Part shown: positions 51,236-63,100 of the stretch, piece by piece
Position numbering within the stretch: the first letter of the stretch is position 1
Layout: each line of letters starts with the position of its first letter
Assembly (NCBI RefSeq): GCF_036321535.1
Contig: NC_087436.1
Coordinates: 107,076,001-107,140,000, forward strand
Length of the DNA: 64,000 nucleotides
Direction: 5' to 3'
From: Camelus dromedarius
Lineage: Eukaryota
Translations under genes and position numbers: made by a program
Notes under the pieces: generated by a model
The model's database searches: none
What the model was told of the DNA's origin: nothing
What the model saw: the letters and a program-made list of their open reading frames with translations, nothing else

Positions 51236-51927
51236 GGTAGATTATTATAGCCCTGTACCCCATTACTCACTGCCTGGGGGAAAAGGCTCTCTGATACAAA
51301 TACATACACAAACACTGCAACAGCTGGGAAAAGAGGTCAGCTTTAAGGGGAGAAATATTCAGAATTTTAGACTTGTGTTAGAATAAGTACAGCAATCACA
51401 GGTGAGAAAGTGTCTGTCAGATTCATTAGAATTTGCAGAGGTATATGTGCTGAAAAATACCAAATTATTCCCTTGAATTCCCTCCATATTCGAAAGGAAG
51501 TAACCTTAGTTATTGTTGGGGCTGCCCCCTCAGGGTGATGCTGAGATCCTAGGCTCAATTCCAGTGGCATGCATTGGATGGCTCATTGCAGTCTTCAGCC
51601 ACTGGCCCACAGTGGTTATGGATAAAATGCATTTAGCCTAACTCATGTGATCTTTTCGGGTTTGTCACTGAGACACTCCCCTAGTACTTTTGAGGCTCAA
51701 GCATTTGGAAAGATTGGGACCCTTAGGCTTAAGACAGCAGCTGATTACCTCCAATTGTTATGCCATGTTCTCAGGGTAATGCCAAGGTATTGTCTCCTCT
51801 ATGGTACCTACATAACCCTCCCCTCCCAACATCCTCAGGAAATGATTTTCTAGACTGAGGTTAGCACTTTCCCCTTCTTCTGCTTCTTAGAAAGTGCTCC
51901 ATATTATTTCATCTTATTCCACCCCTG

Positions 51928-51984
51928 ATTTTGTTGTTTTGTTTTATTTTATTTTATTGTTTTGTTTTGTTTTGTTTTGTTTTT
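51928..51984. repeat. (TTTTG/TTTTA)n repeat
   Basis: Repeated ttttg and tttta units. Confidence 0.85.
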
Positions 51985-53499
51985 AAAGCACTTAGTCTTT
52001 TAGATGCAAAAACCAGGAAGTCTTGCAGGTTTCTACTTTTTCTGATTTGCCACATTTTTCTTCCTGGGTTTTAAAGCAGAGAGCTTAAACATGAGGAAGA
52101 AAAAGAAAAAAATGGGAGAAAACAGTTAATATATTCATCTACCCGCCTTTAGGCTTTCTCTGACTTTTCTTTGTAAAAGAACTAAAATTTTTGTGAAATA
52201 TAAAATAAAAATTTTTAATTTCTATACTAAAATTTCTGTTGCACACTGAAAGGACTCAAGACAAGATGTCTTCATAACGTAATGCAAATAATGGGGACGG
52301 CTCCTTGGTGACAGTGGATTTCCAGACAGCTTTATCTGAGGATGAATTTTTGAACTCTCCAAACAATGACAGTGACACTAGATAATCACTAAAAGAAAGT
52401 TCTGCGTTTTGAATTCCATTCACCGATTGACTTTTGTAAAAGAAAGGGAACACCATTCCAATGGAAAATATCTGAGCCTCAAGGTATCATAAATTCTATG
52501 TTTGAGTTCAATAAAGCTTTAAAAGTACATATTTAAAAGAAAATGCTGACTTCCTGATAAAATATTAATACTGTTACTCAAATTAAGTCACTAGATAGGA
52601 ATGCAAAGTAGCCAAAGTTATTGCTATGTTTAGCCCAAAAGCATAAACTTTGAAGGAAAATAGCAGCATTCATTCATTCAAAAACACTTATATATATGAT
52701 TGCCAAGTTCTTCAACTTCTTTCCAGCCTGTTCTCCAGTTTCTCAGCATTCTGCTCAGGGATGGAGACTTTGAATGAAAAGCTAAAGAGAACAAGGAGCA
52801 GAAACAAAGAGCACCAGACCCTAAACTCCAAAGTAGGAAACAGGAAGCAAGTTCTAGAAACACATCCCAATGTTGCTTATCTTTCAAAACACCCATTCCT
52901 ATCACCTATCACCTCCTGAGCCTCCTTTCATTGTTTTGTATCATTTTATCATTTTCAGTGAGTGTGATAAGTGATTTAAGATACAAGTGGTTTGGGATTC
53001 ATATATTATTAAATATCATATTATACAGATGCTAATATAATCTTTAATAGTATTCATACTATATAAAGACAAATTCTTACTTTTCCCATTTAACAAGTGA
53101 TGCATACTGTTTCATTTACTTTAAATTAATTATGTAATAAAAGCATGAATTATCAACAAATAAATTCAAAAATGATATATATTGTTTTCGTTTGGAGAAC
53201 TAATGGATATTGAAATGTAGATTAAAATTTAACTATGCCTCATACCATAAAAACAGAAGACAAAAAACTTCTTAGTGATTTATAATTTGGAGTCTTTGAA
53301 AACTGCATTTTAGAAAAAAACAAGTGTTTTATTTTTTAATTAGCTTGTGCGTTTTCTCTACGTGATGGGATGTAAATGTTCTTGGTTGTCTTTTACCAGC
53401 AGTTTGGAAATAGTAAATTGAGGATGTAAACACTCTTTATTCCAGTAAATCAGAAGTCAAATTGTATTCAATTGTCACTATCTCAAGTGCCAGGTAGGC

Positions 53500-54020
53500 C
53501 ATAAAATAGTATCTGAATTAATGTAGATATGCCATGTTCTTGGAAGAGAAGACATAAATGTAAATATATTAATTTCCCCCACATTAAACTGAAATTTCAG
53601 TTAAATAGCTGTTAAAATCCCAACAAGACAATTTCATAGAACTTGATAAGATGAAAAGAAAATATGCAAGAGGTCTTGGAAAATGTTTTAAAAGGTAGAA
53701 TAATAATGAGGTCTTGTGTTACCAAATAATAGCATGTATTATACACTTAACAGAAATTCAAATAATATGATACAGGTATGAGGAGAGAGGAGTAGATCAA
53801 AGAAAAATTATAGGTAGTCTAGAAACAGACTGATTTACATGTGTGAATCTGTTATGTGTTAAACTTGATATATTTCAAATTTGGGATTTTTTGGAGGGAA
53901 ATTTGACAATGTCTTATTTTGCAAACATGTAAAATGCATTCCCTTTGATCAGCAATTCATTTGTAAGAAGCTGTTATGCAGAAATATTACTATATTTGAA
54001 ATGCTAAAATAATAATTAGA
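53500..54020 (+). mobile_element. Highly degraded ancient L1M ORF2 fragment
   Basis: gccatgttcttgga...aaaatcccaacaag...agaacttgataag...tctagaaacagac are collinear with L1 ORF2 motifs seen in 55500-55830. Confidence 0.55.
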
Positions 54021-54661
54021 TACTTGTTTAAAAACAGAAAATCAAAATACACATGCACATATAGATATATGTATGTATGGGATGTATGTATGGGTACAGC
54101 TAAATTCTTGGACCCTACTCTACACCTACCAATTTACTATTTGGGGGGATGCTATCCAGGATTTGTGTTTTTTTAATATTTCTCAGATATTTTCATGCAG
54201 CTGTATTCACAAATTACTGTAGCTAAGCCCAAAACAAAGAAGAACTCTTGGGCTTCTACATTGTTCATTTGTTCAGAAATATGTATTGAATGCTTATTAT
54301 GCATCAGTCCCTGTTCTCACCTCTGGAAATTCAATAGTGAACAAAGTAAAATTTGTGACCTAACAAAGCCTCAATTTTATTAGGAAAGAAAAAAAAACTC
54401 AAATAAGCAAATTTATTTCAAAATGTTCTCAAAACTAGATATGCATCTGCATTTTCTTATTCAGTACATACAAAATACCTAGCTCCTCTCTTTTGAAGAT
54501 ACTAAACATTTGTTGCAAAAAAGAGTCCCTCACATTAAAAAAACAAACAAACAAGAATGAACCATTAATACCAATCTGTATTTTCTAGTTAGTGAATTGT
54601 GTACCACTGTAAATTTGAAAAAATTATTCTAGAATATTCACACCAATTAAAGTTATAATGG

Positions 54662-54940
54662 TGTGTTAGTTTTGCTTACACCAGAAACAGTCATTGCTGA
54701 GATTAAAGTGGATGTAATTTATTTGAGAGATGGTAGAGGGAGAACTGGCAGAGGGAAGCACTGGTAGAGAGATAACATGTGTCTCAGAGTTATATGAGGG
54801 AGCTGGGGTATTTACACACCAACTTCCATCAGCCACAGAATGAGAGGAGTTTCTGCGGGTGTTAATCCTCCATAACTCTAGTCTCATACTCAGATGGAGT
54901 GGGCTGCAGAGGTCAGAGGAAGCCCTTAGAAAAAACTTGC
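54662..54940 (-). mobile_element. ERVL LTR16-like fragment abutting the L1 5' end
   Basis: aatttatttgagagatgg...gagggagctggggtatttacacaccaacttccatcagcca...gaagccctta. Confidence 0.55.
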
Positions 54941-57285
54941 AGGACCAAGATGGCAGAAGAGTAGAATGCCTAGCTCACCATCTCCCAGAAATACAGAAAA
55001 ATCTACACCTATATACAGAGCAAATCACAGAGAATACCTACTGACCTTTGGTAGAATATCCCTTACAACAGAAATACAAGTAAATCCTCACAAAATTGGT
55101 AGGAAAAAAAAAGAAAGAAAGAAAAAGGAAGTCAGTGTGGGACCTGACCCCCAGGGAACAGCAAAGGAGAAATTAGAAGAGAAGAGGTAAAATTGTCGCT
55201 ATACGCAGATGATATGATTCTATATATATATAACCCTAAAGACTCTACACAAAAACTACTAGAGCTGATAAAAGAATTTGGCAAAGGAGTAGGGGACAAG
55301 ATTAACATACAGAAATCAGTAGCATTAGCTTACCCTAACAATGAAATACCCAGAAAGGAAAGAAATAATCCCCTTTAAAATTGTATTCAAAAAAGTAAAT
55401 AAAATATGTAGGAATAAATCTGACCAAGGAGGTGAAAGACTTACACATGGAGAACTGAAAAATGTTAATTAAGGAAACTAAAGATGATTTAAAGAAATGG
55501 AAAGATATCCCATGCTCTTGGATTGGAAGAACCAATATTGTTAGAATGGCTATATTGCCCAAGGCAATCTACATATTTAAAGCAACCCCTATTAAATTAC
55601 CATGACATTTTTCACAGAACTAGAACAAATAATTTTAAATTTATATTAAATCACAAAAGACCCAGAATTGACAAAGCAACAGTAAAGGAAAAGAATGAAG
55701 CTGGAGGAATAACCCTTCTAGACTTCAGACAATAACACAGAGATATAGTAATCAAAACAGGATGGTATTGACACAAAAACAGACATATGGATCAATGGAA
55801 CAGAGAGCCCAGAAATAAACCCACAAACTTCTGGTCAATTAATCTTTGATAAAGGAGAGAAGAATATACAATGGAGAAAAGACAGTCTCTTCAGCAAGTG
55901 GTGTTGGGAAAACTGGACAGCAGCATGCAAATCAATGAAGTTAGAACACTTCCTTGCACCATACACAAAAATAAACTCAAAATGACTTAAAGACTTAAAT
56001 ACAAGACAAGACACAATAAACCTCCTACAAGAAAACATAGGCTAAACCTTCTCTGACATAAATCTTAGCAATGTTCTCCTAGGGCAGTCTACTGGGCTAG
56101 AGAAATAAAAGCAAAAATTAACAAATGGGACCCAATTCATTGCACAGCAAATGAAATCATAAACAAACAAAACAACAAGCTACAGAATGGGAGAAAATAT
56201 TTGCAAATGAGGCAACTGACAAAGGCTTAATTTCCAGAATGTATAAACAGCTCATACAACTTAACAACAGCAACAACAACAACAAAAAAACCTGATCCAA
56301 AAGTAGGCAGAAGATCTAAACAAGCAATTCTCCAGTGAAAACATACAAATGGCCAGTGGGCCCATGAAAAAATGCTCAATATCGATAATTATCAGAGAAA
56401 TGTAAATAAAAACTACTATGAGGTATCACCTCATACCAGTCAGAATGACAATCATTCAAAAGTCCACAAGCAATAAATGCTGGAGAGGCTGTGGAGAAAA
56501 GGGGACCCTCCTATACTGTTGGTGGGAATGTAGTTTGGTACAACCATTATGGAAAACAGTATGGAGATTACTCAAAAGACTAAAATTAGACTTACCATAT
56601 GATCCAGCAATCTATTCCTGGGCACATATCCTGAGGGAACTCTAACTTGAAAGGATTCAAGCACCCCAATGTTCATAGCAGCACTATTTACAATAGCCAA
56701 GACGCGGAAGCAACCTAAATGTCTGTCAACAGATGACTGGGTAAAGAAGTTGTAGTATATTTATACAATGGAATACAACTCAGCCATAAAAAATAATAAA
56801 ATAATGCCATCTGCAACAACATAGTTGGAACTGAAGATGATCATTCTAAGTGAAATAAGCCAGAAAGAGAAAGAAAACTACCATATGATACCACTCATAT
56901 GTGGAATCTAAAAAAAAAGAAAAAAGAAGACACTAATGAACTCATCTACAAAACAGAAATAGACTCACAGACATAGTAAACAATCTTATGGTTACTAGGG
57001 GAAAGGGGAAAGGCACTGGGAAGGGATAAATTTGGGCGTTTGTGATTTGCAAATATTAACAATTGTATATAAAAATAGATTAAAAAAATTTCTTCTGTAT
57101 AGCATAGGGAACTATATTCAATATCTTGTAATAACCTTTAATGAAAATGAATATATGTGTATATTATATATATATGTATGACTGGAACATTATGCTGCAC
57201 ATCAGAAATTGACATATTGTAACTGACTATAATTCAATAAAATAAATAAGTAATAAATACAAATTAATAAACATAAAATAAAATA
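54941..57285 (+). mobile_element. Internally deleted L1: 5' UTR start fused to ORF2 RT/C-terminal region and 3' UTR
   Basis: An L1 5' start (ggaccaagatggcaga...agctcacc) runs to about 55162. It is followed by [11 protein letters not shown] (YADD at 55202-55213), frameshifted ORF2, the Cys-rich [18 protein letters not shown] motif, the 3' UTR and an A-rich tail. Confidence 0.9.
55193..56890 (+). pseudogene. Disrupted L1 ORF2 (reverse transcriptase and C-terminal domain)
   Basis: ORF fragments 55193-55378, 55523-55735 and 56418-56645 carry L1 ORF2 motifs (YADD, AGGITLLDFRQ, PYDPAI) separated by stops and frameshifts. Confidence 0.9.
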
Positions 57286-58172
57286 GGAAATTCATTATGA
57301 GATGATCTATGCAGATCATTTATCTGATCAAAACCCTTCTTGAAATATCAATATAGTCTCAATATATGTTTTTAAATTAAACATGCAATGTGCAAATGCA
57401 TTCTTATTTTCTAAAGACAATAATACAAAACTATATTGATTAAAAAGCAAATATAGGACTTAATGTTTCTTGCCCCTCTCATTCTTCCTCTGCAATTCAG
57501 GTAAAGACAAATATTGGCTGATTATACTTTCAAACTTTTTTCACATACCCACACACCCACAAGATACAGGCCACCAGTGGATTAGCCTTTAAAAAATACC
57601 AGGGGCCTGGAGGACCTATGGGATTTATAACCCATCTGTATTTTGTAGGTGTTCTGTTGGCCTCTGATTTATTATATTTCTTTCAGGGGGGAATATACAT
57701 AATCTAATTGAAAATGAAATGTCATGGGTAGGTATGGAATGTTTTTCAACAGTTATATTGTCGTGTTACATAATGAACATACACTCTCCATGATATACTC
57801 TTGTTTTTTTTAATTTATTATATTTGTTATTCTGAATGCTTTAATTGCATAAAACCAACATTAAATGAATTCAAAAAATTCTACTTACTAACTCCAAAAA
57901 TCATATTCTATATGAAAATAATTTTATATATATATATATTTTTAATGGCCCCTGGTTTCATATAGAAAAATCAAATTTGGCTTTATGGCCAGCATGCTTG
58001 AGCCAAAGACACAAATATGATTAACATCACCGCTAACAAGATCCTCAGTCCAGAAGCACATTGAAAACTTGACTGAAAATGATTAAAACTGAAGGCAGTG
58101 AGTGGGTAAGGAAACAACAGGAGTCTAATTGAGACAGTAGAATTGTCTCTCCAGAAGAAAGGGCCAGTGACC

Positions 58173-58333
58173 TTCTGTGGACAGTGTTTGTGTTTCCTCA
58201 AAATTCATATGTAAAAACTTCAATAAGATGGTGTTTGGAGATAGAACCTTGAGAGGTAGTTAGGTCATGGGGATGGAGCCCTCACAAGTGGATCAGTGCC
58301 CTTGTAAGAAAAGACAGGAGAGAGGTGCTTGCG

Positions 58334-58374
<41 letters not shown>

Positions 58375-58538
58375 GTTTGTGAGGATTCAGCAAGAAGGTG
58401 TTCCTCCGCCAACAAGGAACTGAATTGGCCTGTACCTTGATCTTGGACTTCCCAGGCTTCAGAATTGTGAAAACTCAATGTCTGTTGTTTAAGTCACTCA
58501 GTCTATGGTATTTTGTTACAGCAGCCTTAACTAAGACA
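58173..58538 (+). mobile_element. MaLR solo LTR (MLT1A-like) with internal (CT)n
   Basis: tttgtgtttcctcaaaattcatatgt...tgatcttggacttcccag...ttgttacagcagccttaactaagaca. Near-TSD tgacc/agacc; the (CT)n is at 58332-58372. Confidence 0.88.
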
Positions 58539-59002
58539 AGACCAAATAACCAAATCTGAAGGAAAGTTGACCTAAGGTGGCTGATAAGAGCTTGAGATGG
58601 GGCAGTGGTTCTAGCTAATGGGCACAGGCACCAGAGGTCAGCAACCTCTTGACCTACAAGGGCAATGGGCAGTTTGTTAGGGGGAAACTTGTATCTAAAT
58701 TCCTGTTTAACAAGTAATAACAAGTTTAAGTTTTATCATTCTCAACTGATCCAATCTGTCAAATAATTCTGAGCTCCTAAGTGTTCTGCTTCTCAGTTTA
58801 TCAGTGACCTGTTGAGTCTTATTTATGGCTGATGTGTTCAGGAAAACAACTTCCAGATAATATAATGGGTTAGAGAGTGCCTTTTGCAAGAGATCAGTAG
58901 ATACTGAATTTTCTCCTGCAGAGAGCTCTTCAAAAAATGTAGCAGTCCTCCAACATGAAATCCAAACATGGATAAGCTGCATTAGAATAAAAGTCTAATA
59001 GC

Positions 59003-59297
59003 CTCCTGGACATAGAAAACAAACTGTGGCTGCCAGGGGTGGGAATGGGGGAGGATAGATTAGGAGTTTGGGATTAACAGGTAACACATTACTAGATATA
59101 AAATAGATAAATAACAAGGACTTACTGTATAGCATATTCAATTTCTTGTAATGAGCCATAATGGAAAAGAAACTGAAAATATATGTGTGTGTATATATGT
59201 ATGTATGTATATGTATAACTGAATTACTTTGCTGTACACCTAGAACTAACATTGTACATCAACTACACTTTAATAGAAAAATAAGAATTAAAAGAAA
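59003..59297 (+). mobile_element. 5'-truncated L1 3' UTR with 19-bp TSD
   Basis: The TSD copies are AGAATAAAAGTCTAATAGC (58984-59002) and AGAATAAAAGCCTAACAGC (59298-59316). The body is similar to 29695-29960. Confidence 0.9.
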
Positions 59298-59394
59298 AGA
59301 ATAAAAGCCTAACAGCAAAATTATTAATTTTAATTCACTCTTGAAGTGGAATTTATTTTCACTAATATAAAATAACAAGACATGCTTTAAAAAG

Positions 59395-59670
59395 TTTTTT
59401 TTTTTTAACTGAAGTATGGTCAGTTTACAATGTTGTGTTGGTTTCTGGTAGACAGCATAGCAATTCAGTTATACATATACATATTCCTTTTCATATTCTT
59501 TTTCATTATAGGCTATTACAAGGTATTGAATATAGTTCCCTGGGCTATGCAGTGGGACCTTGTTGTGTATCTATTTTATCTAAAGTAGTTAGTATCTGCA
59601 AATTCCAAACTCCCAATTTACCCCTTCACTCCCTGCTTTCTCCCCTGATAACCATAAACTTATTCTCTAT
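59395..59670 (-). mobile_element. 5'-truncated L1 3' UTR (antisense)
   Basis: Poly-T, then aactgaagtatggtcagtttacaatgttgtg...tattgaatatagttccctg...aattccaaactcccaattta. Confidence 0.88.
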
Positions 59671-59934
59671 CCTTTATAAATTTCTGTTTTAAGCTTCCAT
59701 TTATGCAAGATCAGTGTCAACTAGCAATTTCCTCTAAGGTTTTTATTTCTAACGGAAAACAGTATAGTTACCTTTTCACAACTGTAATACTGAATAAAGT
59801 GCTTGATTCTACTTTACAGTCTCATTTGTAAATGTAACAATTTCAGGTGTCAGCGTTTATGATTTTCAGAATAACAAGTAAAATTAGGTAACAAGAACCC
59901 CTAAGCTGATAGTGCTGAACAGTCAACAAATCTT

Positions 59935-60185
59935 CTTATATATAATATATATACATTATTTCACACATATATATGGGCACATACATGTATATACACTTCT
60001 TATATATGTATGTATATGTAAAGATGTTTATATTTTCTACAGTTTCTTTCACATTTTTAAGGAATTATCATATCTATATACAAAGACATATCACATAACA
60101 TGTAATATGTACATAGATAAGAAACAAGATATAAACATATTTACATAATAGGAATATGTAATTTTTACATATGCATAATATGTAT
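59935..60185. repeat. (TA/CA/TG)-rich low-complexity region
   Basis: Degenerate tatatacat/tatgtatat repeats. Confidence 0.6.
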
Positions 60186-63100
60186 TTAGGAATAGGAAGG
60201 CCCCAAAATCCTTTATTTTACTGAAAAGCATCTGAAGTCCAAAAAAATAAATGACTTCACCAAGGTTAGAGTAGTGAGAAAAAGCCCAAACTGGTCATGA
60301 TTTCTGCCCAGCATGTTTCCCACTCAGTATTTTAATTTTACCTTTTGAATTTCAGAGATGGAGAACAAACTCTGGATGCCTGGTTTTGCCCCCAGCTTTC
60401 AGATGACTTGTCTGCTGAGATCTGCCTTCTCTGAGATCTGGATTGGTATCAGGAAGCTCTGTTTTGAAGTACCAATTGCCATTTTTAATGTGACTTACTG
60501 ATCATGCAGACAGCCAGCCTCTCATAAATCATGTAAAGTAACTGGAAATATGATTTATGAGCTAGGTGATGGGAAACGGGGTCCTTTAATATCCTCACCT
60601 TCTCAGGATGCTGTTCCCTATCTCAGGGACCCCTCTCCTAACTCAACTAAGGTGCGTTTGAATGTTTTCATCCCAAACTGTCCCTGCCTCCACCTCAACC
60701 ATCACTGACTTTTACCCCTCATCCATAAGGAACATACAGCTTCTATAAGTTCATCAGCTGAGTGTGAATTCTTGATTCAAACTCTTACTCTGCTTGTGCC
60801 TAATACAGACCACGTTCATGGGGCATCGCCTCACGGGGTAATTAAAGAACCGCACCTCATGGCATCTTATTATAGAGTCAAAAGAGCAAGAGTATCACAG
60901 TTTGTTGCAGACAACAACCCATGAAAGAGCCTAGAAAACCCAAGATGAAACTAATTTCAACCAGATGCCTTGTTGAAAAGGAATATGGAAAAAATGTCTG
61001 TAATACGCACTAAATGAGGCCCATAACTCACGGGGGCCTCCAATGAGTTATGTGTTAAATCCACATTTCACAACGTGGTCCTGCAGTTTTTCAGATCGCC
61101 CTGTCTATTAACCCTTTCCTTCATGTGGGAGAGTTTCTAAGAACCACAGAGCTCTGTGTGCATTAACATATTTACATATGCAAATAGAAATCCTATACCA
61201 ATAGTTTCTTTATCCCCCCTCCCTTATGACTCAATATATTATCGCTTCACCAAACCAACAAATTAAAAACAATTTCCAATTTCTTCCACAAATACCTAGT
61301 GGCTAAATGTTATTAATGTGTTTGTCTGAAAGGCACAAATTCAAACATTGCTCAGTTAGGGAAGAAGAATATACATGGCTGATTGCTTGCAATCAGTTTC
61401 AGTAATCTATATTTTCTTCACGGAGGTGAAAGTTTATCTCACCATAGAACAACAGTTATAATTTGGCTTCTACCATTCATCAGCTCTGATATTTCAGAGA
61501 CTTAAATCATCACTTTCTGGAGCTACAGAGTAAACAAGCTCTTGACTATTTTCTTTTTAACACGCTCCTTTAAAAAAAAAAATGTTTGCCTGCACATTAT
61601 GGGTTTATCTTCTGTCTGCAAGAGAGCCTAATAAATCACATTTGCTTTCGGCTATCATGGATTATTAGGCTTTTATAATCATGAAATAAACCCAATAGAC
61701 TATTGCTATTTTCAGAATATTGGAAATCACTAGGTATTTTCCTCTTCGCGTGAGGATGTGATTCCCTCATTTTTTAGGAGGGTAGTGTTACATTTAGACC
61801 TTGTCAGCATATTGCTTCTACAACAATGATGCTTCCAACAAGTTGTGATCCAGGAGTTGGGAGAGGGAGTGAGCACAAGAAACAGGGGAGTTCCAGAATC
61901 ACAGGGCTTTAGTCAGGCTCTGCCATCCTTCAGTTAAAAGCCTGAAGTTTATTTCACAACGTGAACCTCTCAAATTGTTCTCTTCCACCCTGTCTCTTTT
62001 CATATACAATAATTGCTGATAATCTTTTGTAGAACAATGCTTTGAAATCATTTCAGTTTTAAGAGAGTACATTAAGGCCATCAAATGGAATAAATCTCCC
62101 TAAAGGAGATTTATATGAATTCTTTCTCAACACAATTACTGCAATTAGATACACATATACCTTTGTGTCCTTAATATTTTAATTTTCATGGGGCGATGAT
62201 TTGAAGGAGCTTCTTACTAGAAATAGATCTAAAACACAGGGTTTTGATGACATTCTCAGCTAAACTAATTGTGTGAGCTGGGAACAATGTAACGAGGACA
62301 GATGTCAAGGTCAATATAATTACTAATTTCTGAAACTGGGGTAATATTTCCAAGGGCCTTGCATATGACTTAACAACCTGTAACTACCACTAATGGAAAA
62401 TTCAACTTTGGTTTTCTGGCATGGATGAAATGTTTGTTTTTTTCCAATTGTGTCCCAAAGTGAACTTTATTTGTCAAGGGAACAAAACAAAATCGACTTT
62501 CTTGTCGGCTCTTCATCATATCGAAAGATGCAGATGTGAACAACAAAAGAAGCACTTGGCATGATCGCTGGAAATGTGTGCATTCCAAAATGCAGCTCAT
62601 AAAAATCATATTTATCCCTTTGAGAGGAGACAGGAATAAAAGGGAACAAACTCAAGGAGGAATTGTGGTGTTAGGTTATTTACATTTCCAATAGTCCTGA
62701 AATTATTAGATAGCTATTTTCTTGGGTCTTTTTTCCCCTATCAGCCACAGACTGCCTGTATATCTTGTGTCATAATTGCTACAAAAGGACCTTATTCCCA
62801 ATGACATTCACTTCCAGGTTTTTTGCCTGCCTAAGTTGCTGGATGATGACAGTGTTTCAAAGTGATACAAGAGTATTCTATGAACAGTGTTTAGAACTCC
62901 ATTCACTTATCTTGGCTAGGCTAAATCAACAAAGGTAGAGAGAGGTGCCGATTAAAAGGCATGCTTCAATGGAAAAATTATTTCAAAGCCAAAATTAATA
63001 GAAACTGCCCAACTAAACAGATTTAGGGGCCAGGGGAAAAAACTGGCACATAGCAATACACAAAAAGATAGTGATGGACTCAATTTCTCTCTCTGTCTCT

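Noticed and set aside
52256..52456. Exon-like unique segment with a 66-aa minus-strand ORF
   Set aside because: There are no convincing flanking splice sites and no recognisable protein similarity. It may be conserved non-coding DNA, but I cannot support that from sequence alone.
54941..57285. Active or domesticated reverse transcriptase gene
   Set aside because: ORF2 has multiple stops and frameshifts and lacks the endonuclease domain and ORF1.
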